From: the human T2T-CHM13v2.0 reference genome, Homo sapiens | DNA length: 64,000 nt | Reading direction: 5' to 3' (one strand) | Assembly: GCF_009914755.1 (NCBI RefSeq) | Contig: NC_060931.1 | The notes under the pieces: model-generated | The model's input: the letters and a program-made list of their open reading frames with translations, nothing else | What the model was told of the DNA's origin: nothing | Database searches by the model: none | Part shown: one piece after another, positions 12,544 to 27,759 of the stretch | Layout of the letters: every line of letters begins with the position of its first letter | Numbering within the stretch: the first letter of the stretch is position 1 | Program-made: the position numbers and the translations under genes

Positions 12544-12974
12544 AGGTAGGAGTAATTCCTGGCACACATGGAAGCCAAAAGGAGACAGCTGGGTAGAGCA
12601 AGCTGCCATGAGAACAACTGCAATCCTGAGTTGAGGAAATGCAACCAGCCCAAGGCAACCCCACAGAGAAGGATCTAGAGTGATAAAAATTCTGAATCCA
12701 CTCTCCTGTCTGCCTCCAAGCTCCTGCTGGACTCACAATTGTCCAAATCTTATCAGAAAGCGGGGAATTAGAACACTTGTAGCTGCATGCATACAGGCCA
12801 GCCTTCTGAGGCAGAGAGGAGTGGAGATGGGTGCATAAGGGATTTGAAGAGCCACACAGAAGATACCATGCAGCACTGGAATTATTACCTGGAGGACATC
12901 AAATGAAAATTACAAGAAGACAACTCTGGTGTTCGCTGATATTAGAGGAGTATAAAAAGTGTTGACTTTATTTA

Positions 12975-14450
12975 GGCATTCATGAATTCATTCAACAACT
13001 TATTGTTAGCATTTAAATGAAATACTTCAATATTTCAGGCACTACTCTCAGAGTTGGGATTCAGTTTTTATGAAGCTGATGGTGTGGGAAGACAAATACT
13101 AATCAAATGATATCAGCTAATAGTGCTATAAGGACAACAGAAAAATCTGATGTGACTTAGGGTTGCAAGTTTCCTTTTAGGTACAATTGTCAGTGAAGGT
13201 GTCTCTGAGGGGATGACACTAACTCCTGGGCAGCACAGCTCCAACTTACAAACCTCAGTGCTTTTTCTCCCTCTCCTTATCTCCATTCCAATAAGGCATA
13301 AACAAATGAGTTGACTCTTGTTAGTGACAGGGAAATAATGGCCTGGAAGGTGATACAAGCAAAGTGGATTTAACAACATGGAGGCAACTTGTGACATTAA
13401 TTTAAAAATCTTGGGAAAGTGATCGTGGCTGAAGATCAACTGGGGTGAGCTGAAAATAGAATGTGAATCAAGGCAGTGAAGACTGTACTCAGATTTTAAG
13501 GAGGGAAAATTAAACCATAGATAAATGACAAAGACGATGTGAAGTCAAGGAAGGTTTTTCCCTTATTTGTTTTCATTTTACAACAGAGAGTTATTACAGC
13601 TTATTTGTCTGTTAAGAATGATCTGATTCAGGGACATGTGAAGAATTCAGGAGAAAAAGCTCACAATTACAAGTGCTAAGTCTTCAGAAAGGCAAGAGGG
13701 ATGCAAGAGGGGAGCACGGTTATAATGGTCAACCTTTGACAGAACCATTTCACTATGAAAACAACTGAGAAGGGCAAGAATATGAGTCTAGATATGGTAA
13801 GCAATTACATTTACTGGGAAATTGAGCATTTCTTGTAACTTACTCCATTTTATCTATAAAGCTGTGTCAAATTAGCTATTTAGCTTTTTGAGAAGGTTTG
13901 AGGAGGGAAGAATAAATGTGACATAATCCTGTATGAGAGTGGGAAAGAGTATGCTAGGAAATGATTGACAAGCAGTGCAATAACCTATTTAGGAATTGCA
14001 GGCATAACTTCAGGACAGTAACTGTTCCTTTTGTGTAAGTGTCTGTAGCAATATCCAGCTACTCAGGTAAAGACAAAATGAAAGTGGACAATTGTTTTCA
14101 ACAACTGAACAGGTGGAGACAATAAAGGAAGATGGCAAAAGTGCTGAAATGGTTTCAGTTGAGTAGTTATTGTACGGATCATGGACTCTAAGGAAGTAGG
14201 GAGGGAAGACAACAGGGAAGAGATAGAATGGAGAGAGAATACCATTAGCTGGAGGCTAAAATCATCAGTGAAAAAGGGATAAGGACCAAGAGGCAAGTCA
14301 GTGGCATCAATAAAAATAGGTAAGTAATAAATTCAAAGATATATGAGTCAAAGGAGCTAGGATTTTTTTTTGAAGTATAAAAGTGGACTTAAACAATTGA
14401 AGCTACGCAGAGGATGGTGATATATAGGAAAAGTGACATCATCAAGCCTA
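12975..14450 (-). mobile_element. L2 LINE with 3' end near 12975, interrupted by the 123-bp duplicate
   Basis: cattcatgaattcattcaacaacttattg tail; gtcagtgaaggtgtctctgaggggatgaca; ggatttaacaacatggagg; right boundary approximate. Confidence 0.7.
13220..13342 (+). repeat. 123-bp direct repeat, copy 2 (inside L2)
   Basis: Identical to 12111-12233, offset 1109 bp. Confidence 0.97.
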
Positions 14451-14778
14451 TAATCCCAAAAACTAAATTAGTAACTGTTTTGCCTTTGTTACACCAGAAT
14501 CCAACATTACCACAACCCAGGTGAGAGTTGGAGGTGAGAACGTCCAGCAGTGACACAAGTCAGCTGTTCTGCCAGCCAAGTGTTCACTCACACAGCTCAC
14601 CAACACTTCAAATGCCGTGGATCTGAAACTGAACACCTCATCTTTGCCTCCAAACTGGCTTCTTTTCCCAAATATACTGTTTCTGACAATTGTTCCAGTT
14701 CTTAAGCACATAAACTTTTGCACACCTTTCTGTTATGGTCCCTATATCATAAATACCATCGAGAGTTTGAGAACACAA

Positions 14779-15497
14779 TTTCTTAACTTTCATTTTAGGT
14801 TCGGAGGTACATGTGCAGGTTTGTTACATGGGTAGACTGCATGTCACAGGGGTTTGATGTACAGATTATTTTTTCACCCAGATAATAAGTGTAGTACCTA
14901 ATAGGTATTTTATTTTCTTTTTTCTTTTCTGAGACAGGTCTGGCTCTCTCACCCAGGCTGGAGTACAGTGGCATGATTTTGGCTCACTGCAACCTCCACC
15001 TACTGAGCTCAAGTGATCCTCCCACTTTAGCCTCCTGAGTAGCTGGGACCACAGGTGTGCACCATGCACCACCATGCCTGGCTAATTTTTGTAATTTTTT
15101 TTTGTAGAAATGGGTTTTCACCATGTTGTCCAGGCTGGTCTCAAACTCCTGAGCGTATGCAATACGTCACAATAGATTGTTTTCAATCCTCACTCTCCTC
15201 CCACCCTCCACCCTCAAGTAGGCCCTGGTGTTGGTTGTTCCCTTCCTTTTGCCCATGTGCACCCAAAGTTTAGCTCCCACTTAAAAGGCAGAACATGTGG
15301 AATCTGGTTTTCTCTTCCTTAATTAGTTGGCTTAGGATATTGACTGCCAGCTCCATCCATGTTGCTCCAAAGTACATGATCTCTTTCTTTTTTATGGCTA
15401 TGTAGTATCCCATGGTTATATGTACCACATTTTCTTTATCTGGTCTACCTTTGATGGGCATTTACGTTGATTCCACGCCTTTGCTGTTGTGAACAGT
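14779..15497 (-). mobile_element. L1PA13-16-like 3' end, interrupted by an Alu
   Basis: aactttcattttaggttcggaggtacatgtgcaggtttgttacatgggta...; resumes at 15171. Confidence 0.85.
14908..15154 (-). mobile_element. 5'-truncated AluJ-like element nested in L1
   Basis: gagacaggtctggctc...ctcaagtgatcctcccac...tcaaactcctgagc; degenerate TSD aataggtatttt / aatagattgtttt. Confidence 0.9.
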
Positions 15498-15905
15498 GGA
15501 GTTGGGGTTTTTGAGGAAGGAAGGGGAAGAAAGCAGTTTGATAGTGAAATTGGGGAACATAAAAGATTTTCTGTAAAACACTTCACATACACGTAACTGA
15601 GAGCTAATGGCAATTTAACTAGGGAATTAAATCTAATAAAGTCAACAGTGGAAACTTTTAGTTTACACACGAATGACGTTCACATATTTTCAGTGAATAT
15701 ATCACTCCATGGTAACTCTCCTTATTTCAAGATTACAGATATTAAAAAAACTAAATTACTATCCATCTGATTCCAGGAATAAATTATTTGTAGATAAGTA
15801 AATTTTAAATTAGATATATAATATATATAACACATATAATATATAATTTCAAGTATATGCATATAAGTGGAGAACAATAACATAGCTAATCAAAATTTAT
15901 TTATA

Positions 15906-15908
<3 letters not shown>

Positions 15909-15941
<33 letters not shown>

Positions 15942-15953
15942 TGCGTGTGTGTG
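15909..15953. repeat. (GT)16 plus imperfect extension
   Basis: Direct reading. Confidence 0.97.
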
Positions 15954-16399
15954 GCATATACGTGTGCCTATAGTTTTTTCTACCAATCTGATAGCTAAGA
16001 GAATTTTTAGCATGATAACAAAGACTCATTCTGAAAATGGAACCCGGGAAGCTATCGAAGCTGATCAGAATCTTTGAACTGCCTCTCTGTTCAAGGTATC
16101 CACCACCCTCTAAATGTGGAGAACATCACCTCTCAAATTAGCATCCAGTGACTTCTCTTCATGACTGTAACATCTGCCATGATAAATGAAACAGCCATAT
16201 ATTTTGACTTTATGAGTTTGTCTTCAATGTTTGGAAACAGGCTAGCTTAGAAAATGAATGAAAAGGGTTGTTTTAAATCAAAAACTGCATATTTAAATCA
16301 CATAATACTGCTGTAAAATCTGTAGTTTTATAAATATTCATTAATATAGTAGTATATCAAATAATAAAAACTTAGGATAAGAAGGAATTATATCTGATA

Positions 16400-18200
<1,801 letters not shown>

Positions 18201-19659
18201 TTCAGTACTGTAGAGAATTTTGAAGAATAAATTGTTCCTCAGGGATTTGGGGAAAGTTTTAGAGGAAGGAGGGCTTGATAGGAATCCTGAAACAGATGGC
18301 AAAGGTTGTGATGCAGTGCTGGTCGAGGTGGACATATACAATCAAGTGCAGACCAGCATACAAACCAAAGATGGAAGATAATGGATGGGTTGATTTTTTT
18401 CATGAAAGAGTTTTATAGCAGAAGATTTGTAGGAATGATGATTCACAAGAACTATTATGATCATGTTGAGGAGGTCCTTGAGTTCAAGCCCCAGAATAAA
18501 TGTCACCATATGTAAGGGAATGTCAGTGAATGTTTTTAAGCTAGGGAGTGAAATGACTAAAAGTACATTTAAAAGAGCAGAATCATAGGTTAAGGAGGAG
18601 AGAGAGGGTGGAGATGAGGAAAGAGGCAATGAAACAATGTAGAAGGCTTTAACTGAAACAAGTGCTCTCCTTGCTTTATTGTTTGCTGAGAACGGCAGTC
18701 TCCTCATCACTTCTGAGTCTACAACACTCTCTGGCCCTTTGCTTAAGCCATATCCTGGCCCTCAAAGGCTATTATCCTCGCTTTCCCCCCAAATGATACT
18801 GTACACCAACTTCAAATCTACCTCAGCTCTCATGTTCCTCCATTCACTGTCTCACCAGCCCCCCAAAAAGTTAGAATTGCTCTCCCCTCTTGGATGACAT
18901 TTCCTCTTTTTAGTACATCTATTATTGGTACCTTTAGCTTGCATAACTGTTACTTATTCTGAACCCGTTCCTTTCCAAAGTCCTGGAGACAGAGCACTTT
19001 GTTTTATTCTCTTATGTTCAGAAAAACTTCGTGCAATTGAAGTTAGAAAGTAATGGCGAGGTACATTTTGTATACGTCTCACGACTTTACTCTCTCCTGG
19101 ATGATTTAAGTAGAGTTAAGCACAAAGCATGTAATGTAGTTAGATTCCACTGTGCCACTTGGACAGGCTAAATCATAATCCCGACATCCTAAATATTGTT
19201 TGTATTCTCAGACAATGATCTGCTGAATCAGTATTCATCAAGTTTAGTGATATAAAATAAGACTTCAATTATCTATGTGAGAAAAATATCCTGTCCAAAA
19301 ATACATAAAATAACCTGAAAGCGTTTACAACTATCTGCATTTCTAGGCAATACATTGCAGCACATAACAATCAAGAGTCAATTAAGCTGAGAGAAGCAGA
19401 ATAAACCGTTTTCTAAATACCAATGTTTCAATACTTACCCGTTCACAAATAATGTACAGCCTGAGATGGTAACATAATGAGGTCGATCAATAGAAAATTA
19501 AATCTTTTTGAATGAAGACAAAATGCCCATGGAGCCTTTACATAATAAAATAAATGTAATGTAAGGCCTGAGTCTATAAATAAAATTCTCAAAAATTGTA
19601 AATTGACTTTTTCATTTAGTTCTTAACAATGTTATTGGGTAGTATTTGACACATCATAA

Positions 19660-20515
19660 ACATTATGTGTATTTATATACATTACATATATCACATTAGT
19701 AACTTATAAAGCTTAATAATAAAATAAATATCCTCCCTGAACTAACCACCCAAATTAAGATCTAGAGCATTCCTGACACCTAAATTTCTATCTGTGTCTT
19801 CCTATCTGCTCTTCTTCCTACTCTCAACCAATTAACCACTTTCTGGAATTTTAATTTATCACCCACTTGCCATGTTATTATTCTTATCACATAAAATATG
19901 TAACTCCAGGTAACATATACTTCTAACTTTGTTTCTGAGTTCTCTAAAACGGTATTATGGTGTACACTGTTATCTTTGACTTGCTTTATCCACTCCCAAT
20001 TATTTCTACATTTCATCCACATTTGGTATATGCAGTTGTTCATTCATTTTTCACTGCTTATATAGTATTCTCCTGAAAATGGGGCTTTTAATTGATTCTG
20101 ATATTGTATTCTTTCTTTAACTTTTATCTTAGGTTCCAGGGGACATGTGCAGGTTCGTTATATAGGTAAACTCATGTCATGGAGGTTTGTTGTACAGATT
20201 ATTTTGTCTCCCAGGTACTAAGCCTGGCGTTCATTAGTTATTTGTCCTACTTCTCTCCCTCCTCCCACTCTCCACCCTTAAGTAGGCCCCCGTGCCTGTA
20301 GTTCCCTTTTTTGTGTTCATGAGTTCTCATCATTTAGCTCTCAATTTTTTATTCTTGGTAGTGACATTATAGATTTTTTTTTCTCCTGATGGCCAGGTAT
20401 TAGAGTTGTTTAGGGGCAAGGAGTTGGTACATATTGAAATAGAATTGCTGGGTCATTTGGTATATGCATGATTAATCTTATGAGATTGTGCCAAATTTCT
20501 TTCCAATATATTCCT
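19660..20515 (-). mobile_element. Old L1M 3' region with nested L1PA15/16-like 3' fragment (~20115-20345)
   Basis: cagttgttcattcattttcactgct; taacttttatcttaggttccaggggacatgtgcaggttcg; gaattgctgggtcat. Confidence 0.7.
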
Positions 20516-20590
20516 TTGCACCACTGCACTCCAGCCTGGGCTACAGAGCTGCTAGACCCTATCTCAAAAGACAAAAAAAAAAAAAAAAAA
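20516..20590 (+). mobile_element. Short Alu 3'-end fragment with A18 tail
   Basis: ttgcaccactgcactccagcctggg...accctatctcaaaa followed by poly(A). Confidence 0.9.
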
Positions 20591-22019
20591 GAATAATACA
20601 GTATGTAAGTTAGTGGTGATTCACTTTCCTGCCATTAGTCAGCATTTAATCCAACTATATATAAATACAATGTATAGAATAAATTAAATATATTATATGT
20701 TAGAACCTTATAATGGTAGGAAATAGAATACAAGTAGGGATTCAGGCTAAGAAGTAAAACTGGACAAAAAGAGGAGATTTGAACTTGGCAAAAATAAAGT
20801 TATAAATTATATATTAACTATAGGAAATAAAATATAAATTATAAAAATATAATATCAAAAGTAAAAAATATGCCATAAAATGTAGAAAAAGTTTCATTCA
20901 GGCTTTTGAGACTGAGCTCCAATAAATTAAAGCAATAATGAATACAAATTAATTTGGCTAAGTACACCAAACTAGGTTTATACATATTTTCTCTTAGGAG
21001 TCTGAAGGTATTGTTATAACACCTTCATCCATTACTGTTGTTGGCAAACAACTGTCAGTCAAATTAATACTTCTTTGAGGAGATTTGTCTTTTCCCTCTG
21101 GCATCTTTTAAGATATTTATTTTTTCTTCTCTGTGTTTCACTACAATGCTATTAGCATAAGTTATTTTTACCTTATCTTTCAATGGTAATAGAAAATATA
21201 GTGGTAATCTCTTGAAATGTTTCTTCTCTATCATTTTATTTATTCTGTCTTCATAGGACTCTAATTAGACATATTTCAGGACTTCCATTCTCAAAATATC
21301 TTAATCTCGCCTTTACTTTTTTTAATCTCCTTGCTTCCTTGTGCCATATTGTTAGTAATTTCTTCAGATAATATTTTCTAGTTCATCGGTTCTCTCTTCA
21401 GTCTAATCTAAACTTCAACCCATATATTAAGGTTTTGATTATTATTTCAAAAATTATGTTTTTCATTCTTAAAGTTTATTTTGGTTCTTTCAAATTTTTG
21501 GATTTTTTTACATACTTTTTTGCTAATTGTTCCTTTCTACAATTTTACATTTTTACCTAAACATTTTGCATATGTTTATTTCATATTTTATATATGATAA
21601 TTCTGATATCTGTAATCCTCAGGGCCCTTAAACAAACACCTGTTTCCTGCTGGTTCTTATTCATGGGTATTTGTTTTCTTGTGTGTTTGGGGCTCTTTGA
21701 CAATAGGCTTATATTTAGTTGACCTTAGTCAACGACCTTTCAGAGTAAATGTGCATTTTCTCCTCCCAGGAATCAGGGAGCTAACAAATGAGACCAATTT
21801 ATCTACCTTCTAGGATTCTGGCATTAATTAAATCATCTAAGAACTTTCATCTTGTAAATGGCTCATAGTCCAGTCACCTGATCCTAGTCCTGATGGATTT
21901 GACCTGAGGAGAGCCCAACGCCTTGGGAGTGCTTGTAGGACAGGCTGCAGTTTCAGTCTCAACCTCCTTTCCTGTCTTTTTGTGGTTTATGGTTTTGTCT
22001 TCTTGGAGACTTCTGATTA

Positions 22020-22376
<357 letters not shown>

Positions 22377-23569
22377 TTATGTAAGACCTAGTTTAGTTTT
22401 ATTTCTCTAAGACCATTAAAGCAACTGCCTGAAATGGAAATGCTGCAGATTTTACCTTATAGAGGTTAAAACACCTGATAGGTACTTCCAAGTAAAACTG
22501 GCGAATCTATTATTTGGGCTAACTTTGATATTGTCACTAAAATACAAAATTATTTTTTAATATTAAACTTATGTTTTTGTCAAATATTATTCTTTTTTGG
22601 TAAATGCCTAGAACTGAGCTAGGATTCTCACTCTGCCACGTAACACAGCAATTTAAAGAATATGTTTAAAAAATCTATTAAGAAAGGTCACTTCAGCCAG
22701 CATTTCTCTTCCTCCCAAAAGATGGGACACTGTGTCTTTGCCTGTAGGCTTAACCTTTTGCTAATTCTCAGAGTCAAACTGCCTGATCCATGAGGTATTC
22801 ATCGAGCTCTAATACTATACAGTGGGTTTCAGTATCAAGGTCGAGATCTGTCATATTATTCTTAATCTCTAAGCCTTTATTCACACCGCATTTTGCTAAT
22901 AATGACATTGTTCCCAATCCACATATTATATAAACTATATATAAGAAATAGCCACTTTTTAATCTTAAATCATCAAATTAAAACTGATTCTAAGCCTCTA
23001 TCCCACAGGCTTGGTGGGAAATCCAAAGTTAGTTATTATTACGGCCCCATTATCTTTCAAGGTCCAAGTGAAATATGGCCTGGAGAAAGAAGCAAGACCC
23101 ACCAACTTATGAACCATAACAGTCATAGCTATAAACATTACTGTACAGCTCTGAAGAGGTTCTTCAGATCTAGAAAGGTTTCTTTTCATGGTTTTCTAGT
23201 GATAAAGGAGTACTGTCCTGAGGCAGTGAATTCTGATGTTTATTATTCAGCCTCCATAATTTCTTCTTCTAAACTTTACCTTTGGTGTTGTCTCATTAGT
23301 CTTTTCTCTTAATCTTTCAATTTTATCTTTTCTCCTCTACTTATCCTCATAAGCATGTTACCTAATTCCTTTATCCTGAAGCTTTAAGACCTCAAATAGC
23401 ACAAAAGGATATGTGTCCTGTAAGTGGCTTTTAGTTTTGGTCCAGCAATGCAACCTTCCCTGAAGCTGTGGAATACAAAAGAGCTAGGCTACCTTAGTGA
23501 AGTAAGGGAGAATACGAGATTGCCGACAGAAAAGACAGAAGAGATCACCTTGCCACAATCATTTCTGCT

Positions 23570-23800
23570 AATATATACTTAATATTTATTGAATGTCCGA
23601 TATGTATTAGAAGTGAAACTAAGAAACTTGCAGTTGTTATCGCATTTAATCCTCACAACCACGTTATGGAATCTAGGTACTATTATCTCCATATTACAAA
23701 TGAGATACTGAAGCAAAGAGTTTAAATCATAGCTCTTGATCTCACAGTTACTAAACTGAGGAGCCAGGATATAAACCCCAACAATCTGATGATAAATTAT
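23570..23800 (-). mobile_element. MIR SINE
   Basis: catttaatcctcacaacc...tattatctccatattacaaatgagatactgaagca. Confidence 0.8.
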
Positions 23801-24049
23801 ATTGCCTTTGTTTATTGATTAGGTTTTTGATTTATTATTTTTCCCTGGTTTCTCTTCTAGTAGCCTGCCTAAATTGCCAATCTCAATTAGCATTAAATAT
23901 CTTTATTTCTTCTGACAGTTTTCTCCAAGGATTTGGAGTGCTTCTGCTATTGAACGTGAAATTGATGAGTGGAAATCACTGTCTCTTTAGTTGACAGACT
24001 TTTCTAAGTCCAACATTTAGTAACAGACAGGCCACTCCACAGAATCCCC

Positions 24050-24057
24050 TGACGTCA
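24050..24057. promoter_or_regulatory. Full CRE palindrome TGACGTCA (candidate)
   Basis: Motif match in non-repetitive DNA only; function unshown. Confidence 0.25.
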
Positions 24058-25479
24058 TGCATTGTAAATCTGATGGACCAACACGCTGTTATTGCCCTAA
24101 CATATGTGACATGCTGAGGTGGTGCTCAATTTATCTACCCAATAGATATGGCTAGATTTCTTACCTATCCCTTCTCAAATTCCTTCCCTTTACCATAAAC
24201 ATGGCATGACACACTGGATGCCAACATCTAACTAACTGAACATGCAGACTGTTGTAAACTCAGAGGTACTTTAACAGTAAAAGGCATTTCAGACAATAAT
24301 AAGTAAATATTTACACTTTAAATATTTGGTGTTTGGTACTATGGGTATATTCAGAAATATTTAAAAACATATTTCCATTCAGTGAAACAAGATGAGCAGA
24401 CGGAGTTGGCACTGAAGTTTTTGTTTTGTTTTGTTTTGTCTTTTTTTTTTTTTTTTACTTGAAACACATGTAAAACATATACAGCAATAGTTTCTGACAC
24501 AATAGAACAGCTTGCTCCTTAAAACTTCATGATTTCTTAGAATGGAAGGAATGATGGTGAGATTTTGAGAATAGCTTTGGTCATCGTGAACAATTCTATT
24601 CCAGTACTAATCATTTTGTGAATGCTCAAATAGGATAGATTGCTCAGGAATTAGAAAGCCAGCGCACTGTACATTTCAAAAACTTATAAGTAGCATGCAT
24701 TGTAAATTATACATTTCAATAGGAATCTTTAAGGTATAAACAGATTATCACAACACATGTATTTGGTGGTGTTGACAATCATTGACCTATTGAACTATTT
24801 TAAATTTTTACTAGTTGGCCACTATAAAAAGATATGCATCAGTGTTAAATCTGAATATCATATTTACAAATATTTGTCTTTCAAATGCACAAACCTGTCA
24901 GACCAGAAAGGCAATTAGATTCTGTGGGTTTTTTTTCTTAAGTCTAGAAACTTAGCTAACATTGGTGTTATTAGGCAGATGAGTATGCCTAATATATTCA
25001 GTCAAATATTTTATAAGGTAATCCAAAAAAAATGCACAGGTCTGACTTTTTCAATAGCATCATACAATCTTTGATTTATACAGAACAATGATGTTTTAAT
25101 TACTTAAATATTAGAATACTTTTCCCAATCTTTCTGACAGAGTAGAAACTGAAAAATTAAAAAATAGTAATTAAATACCTCAAGTGTTTGTTTACCTGTT
25201 ACCCAGAAAAGTATAAGAAATGCAAATGAGAAAAATAAGTCAAAAAAGGTGTGTGAAGAGGATTTTTCAGAAATCCCTAACATCTTAATACGTGTACGTG
25301 TATAGAGAATGGTACTTAAGTATGCGCATGCACGTTTTTAGTCAGGAGCAATAAATGCTTCCAAGGTACATTATATTTACCTCTAGTTGCACTTCTTCAG
25401 TTGTAATGATATGTTACATGGCTGTCTGCCCTTGCCGCTTTACAGCAGGCTACAAAGTTTAAATTACATCACCATTTAA

Positions 25480-25879
<400 letters not shown>

Positions 25880-26115
25880 GGCGTTAAGTTTATTTTCATC
25901 AATAGCGTCAAAATATCACCTGCCTATTGCCCTATACTTTTGAAAAAAGATGAGGTAAAATAGTAAATAAATGTATTATGTCTTACCATTTTCAACTTGC
26001 TTCCTACTAATAGTATTTGAAAAGGTACTTGCTTCCTGAATGCCTGCAAAATGAAGAATGATTATAAAAATCCTATAAAATAAAATAGCACACAGTTATT
26101 TAAAGATATTTAAAA

Positions 26116-26192
26116 TAAATGAAAATACTCTTATAGTATGAATACAATAAAACTAAATGAAAATACTGTCTTATAGTATGAATACAATAAAA
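26116..26192. repeat. Tandem duplication of a ~38-bp unit (2 copies)
   Basis: taaatgaaaatact(gt)cttatagtatgaatacaataaaa twice. Confidence 0.92.
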
Positions 26193-27759
26193 ATTGACTA
26201 TCTTCATAAATATGTAGATATGTAGATACATAAGCTTATATGTTCAAAGTAAATAACAGAATAGAAATATATCAAGATATTAATGATGACTATCTCAAGA
26301 TGGCAGTATTATTGGTAATTGTTTTTACTGTATTTTTGGTATTTTTAACCCATTAAACCCTAGTGTTTTAAAGGAAAAATAAATTGTATTTTTACCTTAT
26401 TTTAAATTACTTTTCACCTTTCACGTATTTCCATAAACTTCACAATGTCAACCTCCATTATGCTCACAGTAGAAGATATAAAGATTATTACCCGTAGGTT
26501 TTTGAGGATATTCTGTAACAGAAATTTAATCATCATTACACAATTATGCCATACAAATTGAATAATATAACCTGTATCTACTTTCTTCCAAAGCAGAGCA
26601 AATTAGAAAACTCTAATTTCATCTTCAAATGTTTGGTATAGTATGTTTTAAAGTATTGTTTATCATTATCTCAAAGGCAAGTTTATGTTAGCAATGAAGC
26701 GGAAGGTATTTGATTGTTAAAATGTTTACGCAATTATGTTTTACTTAAGAAAATTAAACAATTTTTATTCATGGAATGAGTTGATTTATTCAGTGCATTT
26801 TAATATTAAAAACTAACGAAACAGATCTAATCCTTCACTCAAAGTGTAGCTAACAAATAAAAATCTGCTATAGCACAGTTAATAATAACCACATGGTTAA
26901 TTCTATACACCTTTATAATATTTGAAATATAACCATTTAATCTTATCAAGTTATGTTATAAAATATGTATTTTCAGATTCTTGGAAATCAATTCTGAAAG
27001 GTTAATATTTTCTTATTGTAAATTTAGCTTATTCAGAAACGGGTTTCTTAAAGTAAGAATGTACATAATTTATATATGAAACACTGGGCTTAATGTATGG
27101 CTCAAATATTGTAATCCCAAATGAATTACCCAAAGAAAGAAAAATGTGATAGAATTATTAGGGTTGCATGAAAACTAGGCTTAAATATTGTGTAACTTAA
27201 TCATTTCCTAGGCCTAGCTCTACAGAATACGAAGTGATTTTGTCTAGACAAAGGAAGCAATCAGCTATTTTTTTTTTTTTGGTCAAAGTACCAAAGTACT
27301 CTTTGTTAAAATGAAGTAATTATGTATGTTAGTTGTCTTAGCTGAGTCTCCATTCCAGTTTTATTAAAACTAAAACCAACAAGCATTCTCTATTTTTCTT
27401 GTTATTACTTAAAGTTACCTGTACATTGGACAGGGCACGAGAATTTAACCTTTAAAGTACATGCTTTCTTTTTGGAGGACAAATGCTTCACAGATGCAAG
27501 TATCACCATAAAACATTCCCTGCAGATTGCTCTAGTGCATTCATGATCATGGCATCATCTTCTGAAACAGTAGCATCTGAAAATCAGTGAAATATTGACA
27601 GCATAAAAAGTAGCTAACACTATATTCAGTGAAATGTAAAGATTTAAACAGTGTTTACAGTAATGAGTTTCAGTGTGCCAATAAATTAACATATGTATTT
27701 TTTATAACCACTTTATTATTTAGGATATACATTTCACGAAATGTTAAAATATATACACA

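Noticed and set aside
12100-13439. Two ORFs sharing the peptide HYFPVTNKSQLICLCLIGMEIRRGRKSTEVCKLELCCPGV
   Set aside because: A consequence of the exact 123-bp DNA duplication; no recognisable protein or gene structure.
22893-23312. 139-aa ORF
   Set aside because: Non-ATG start, no recognisable homology or splice context; consistent with chance.
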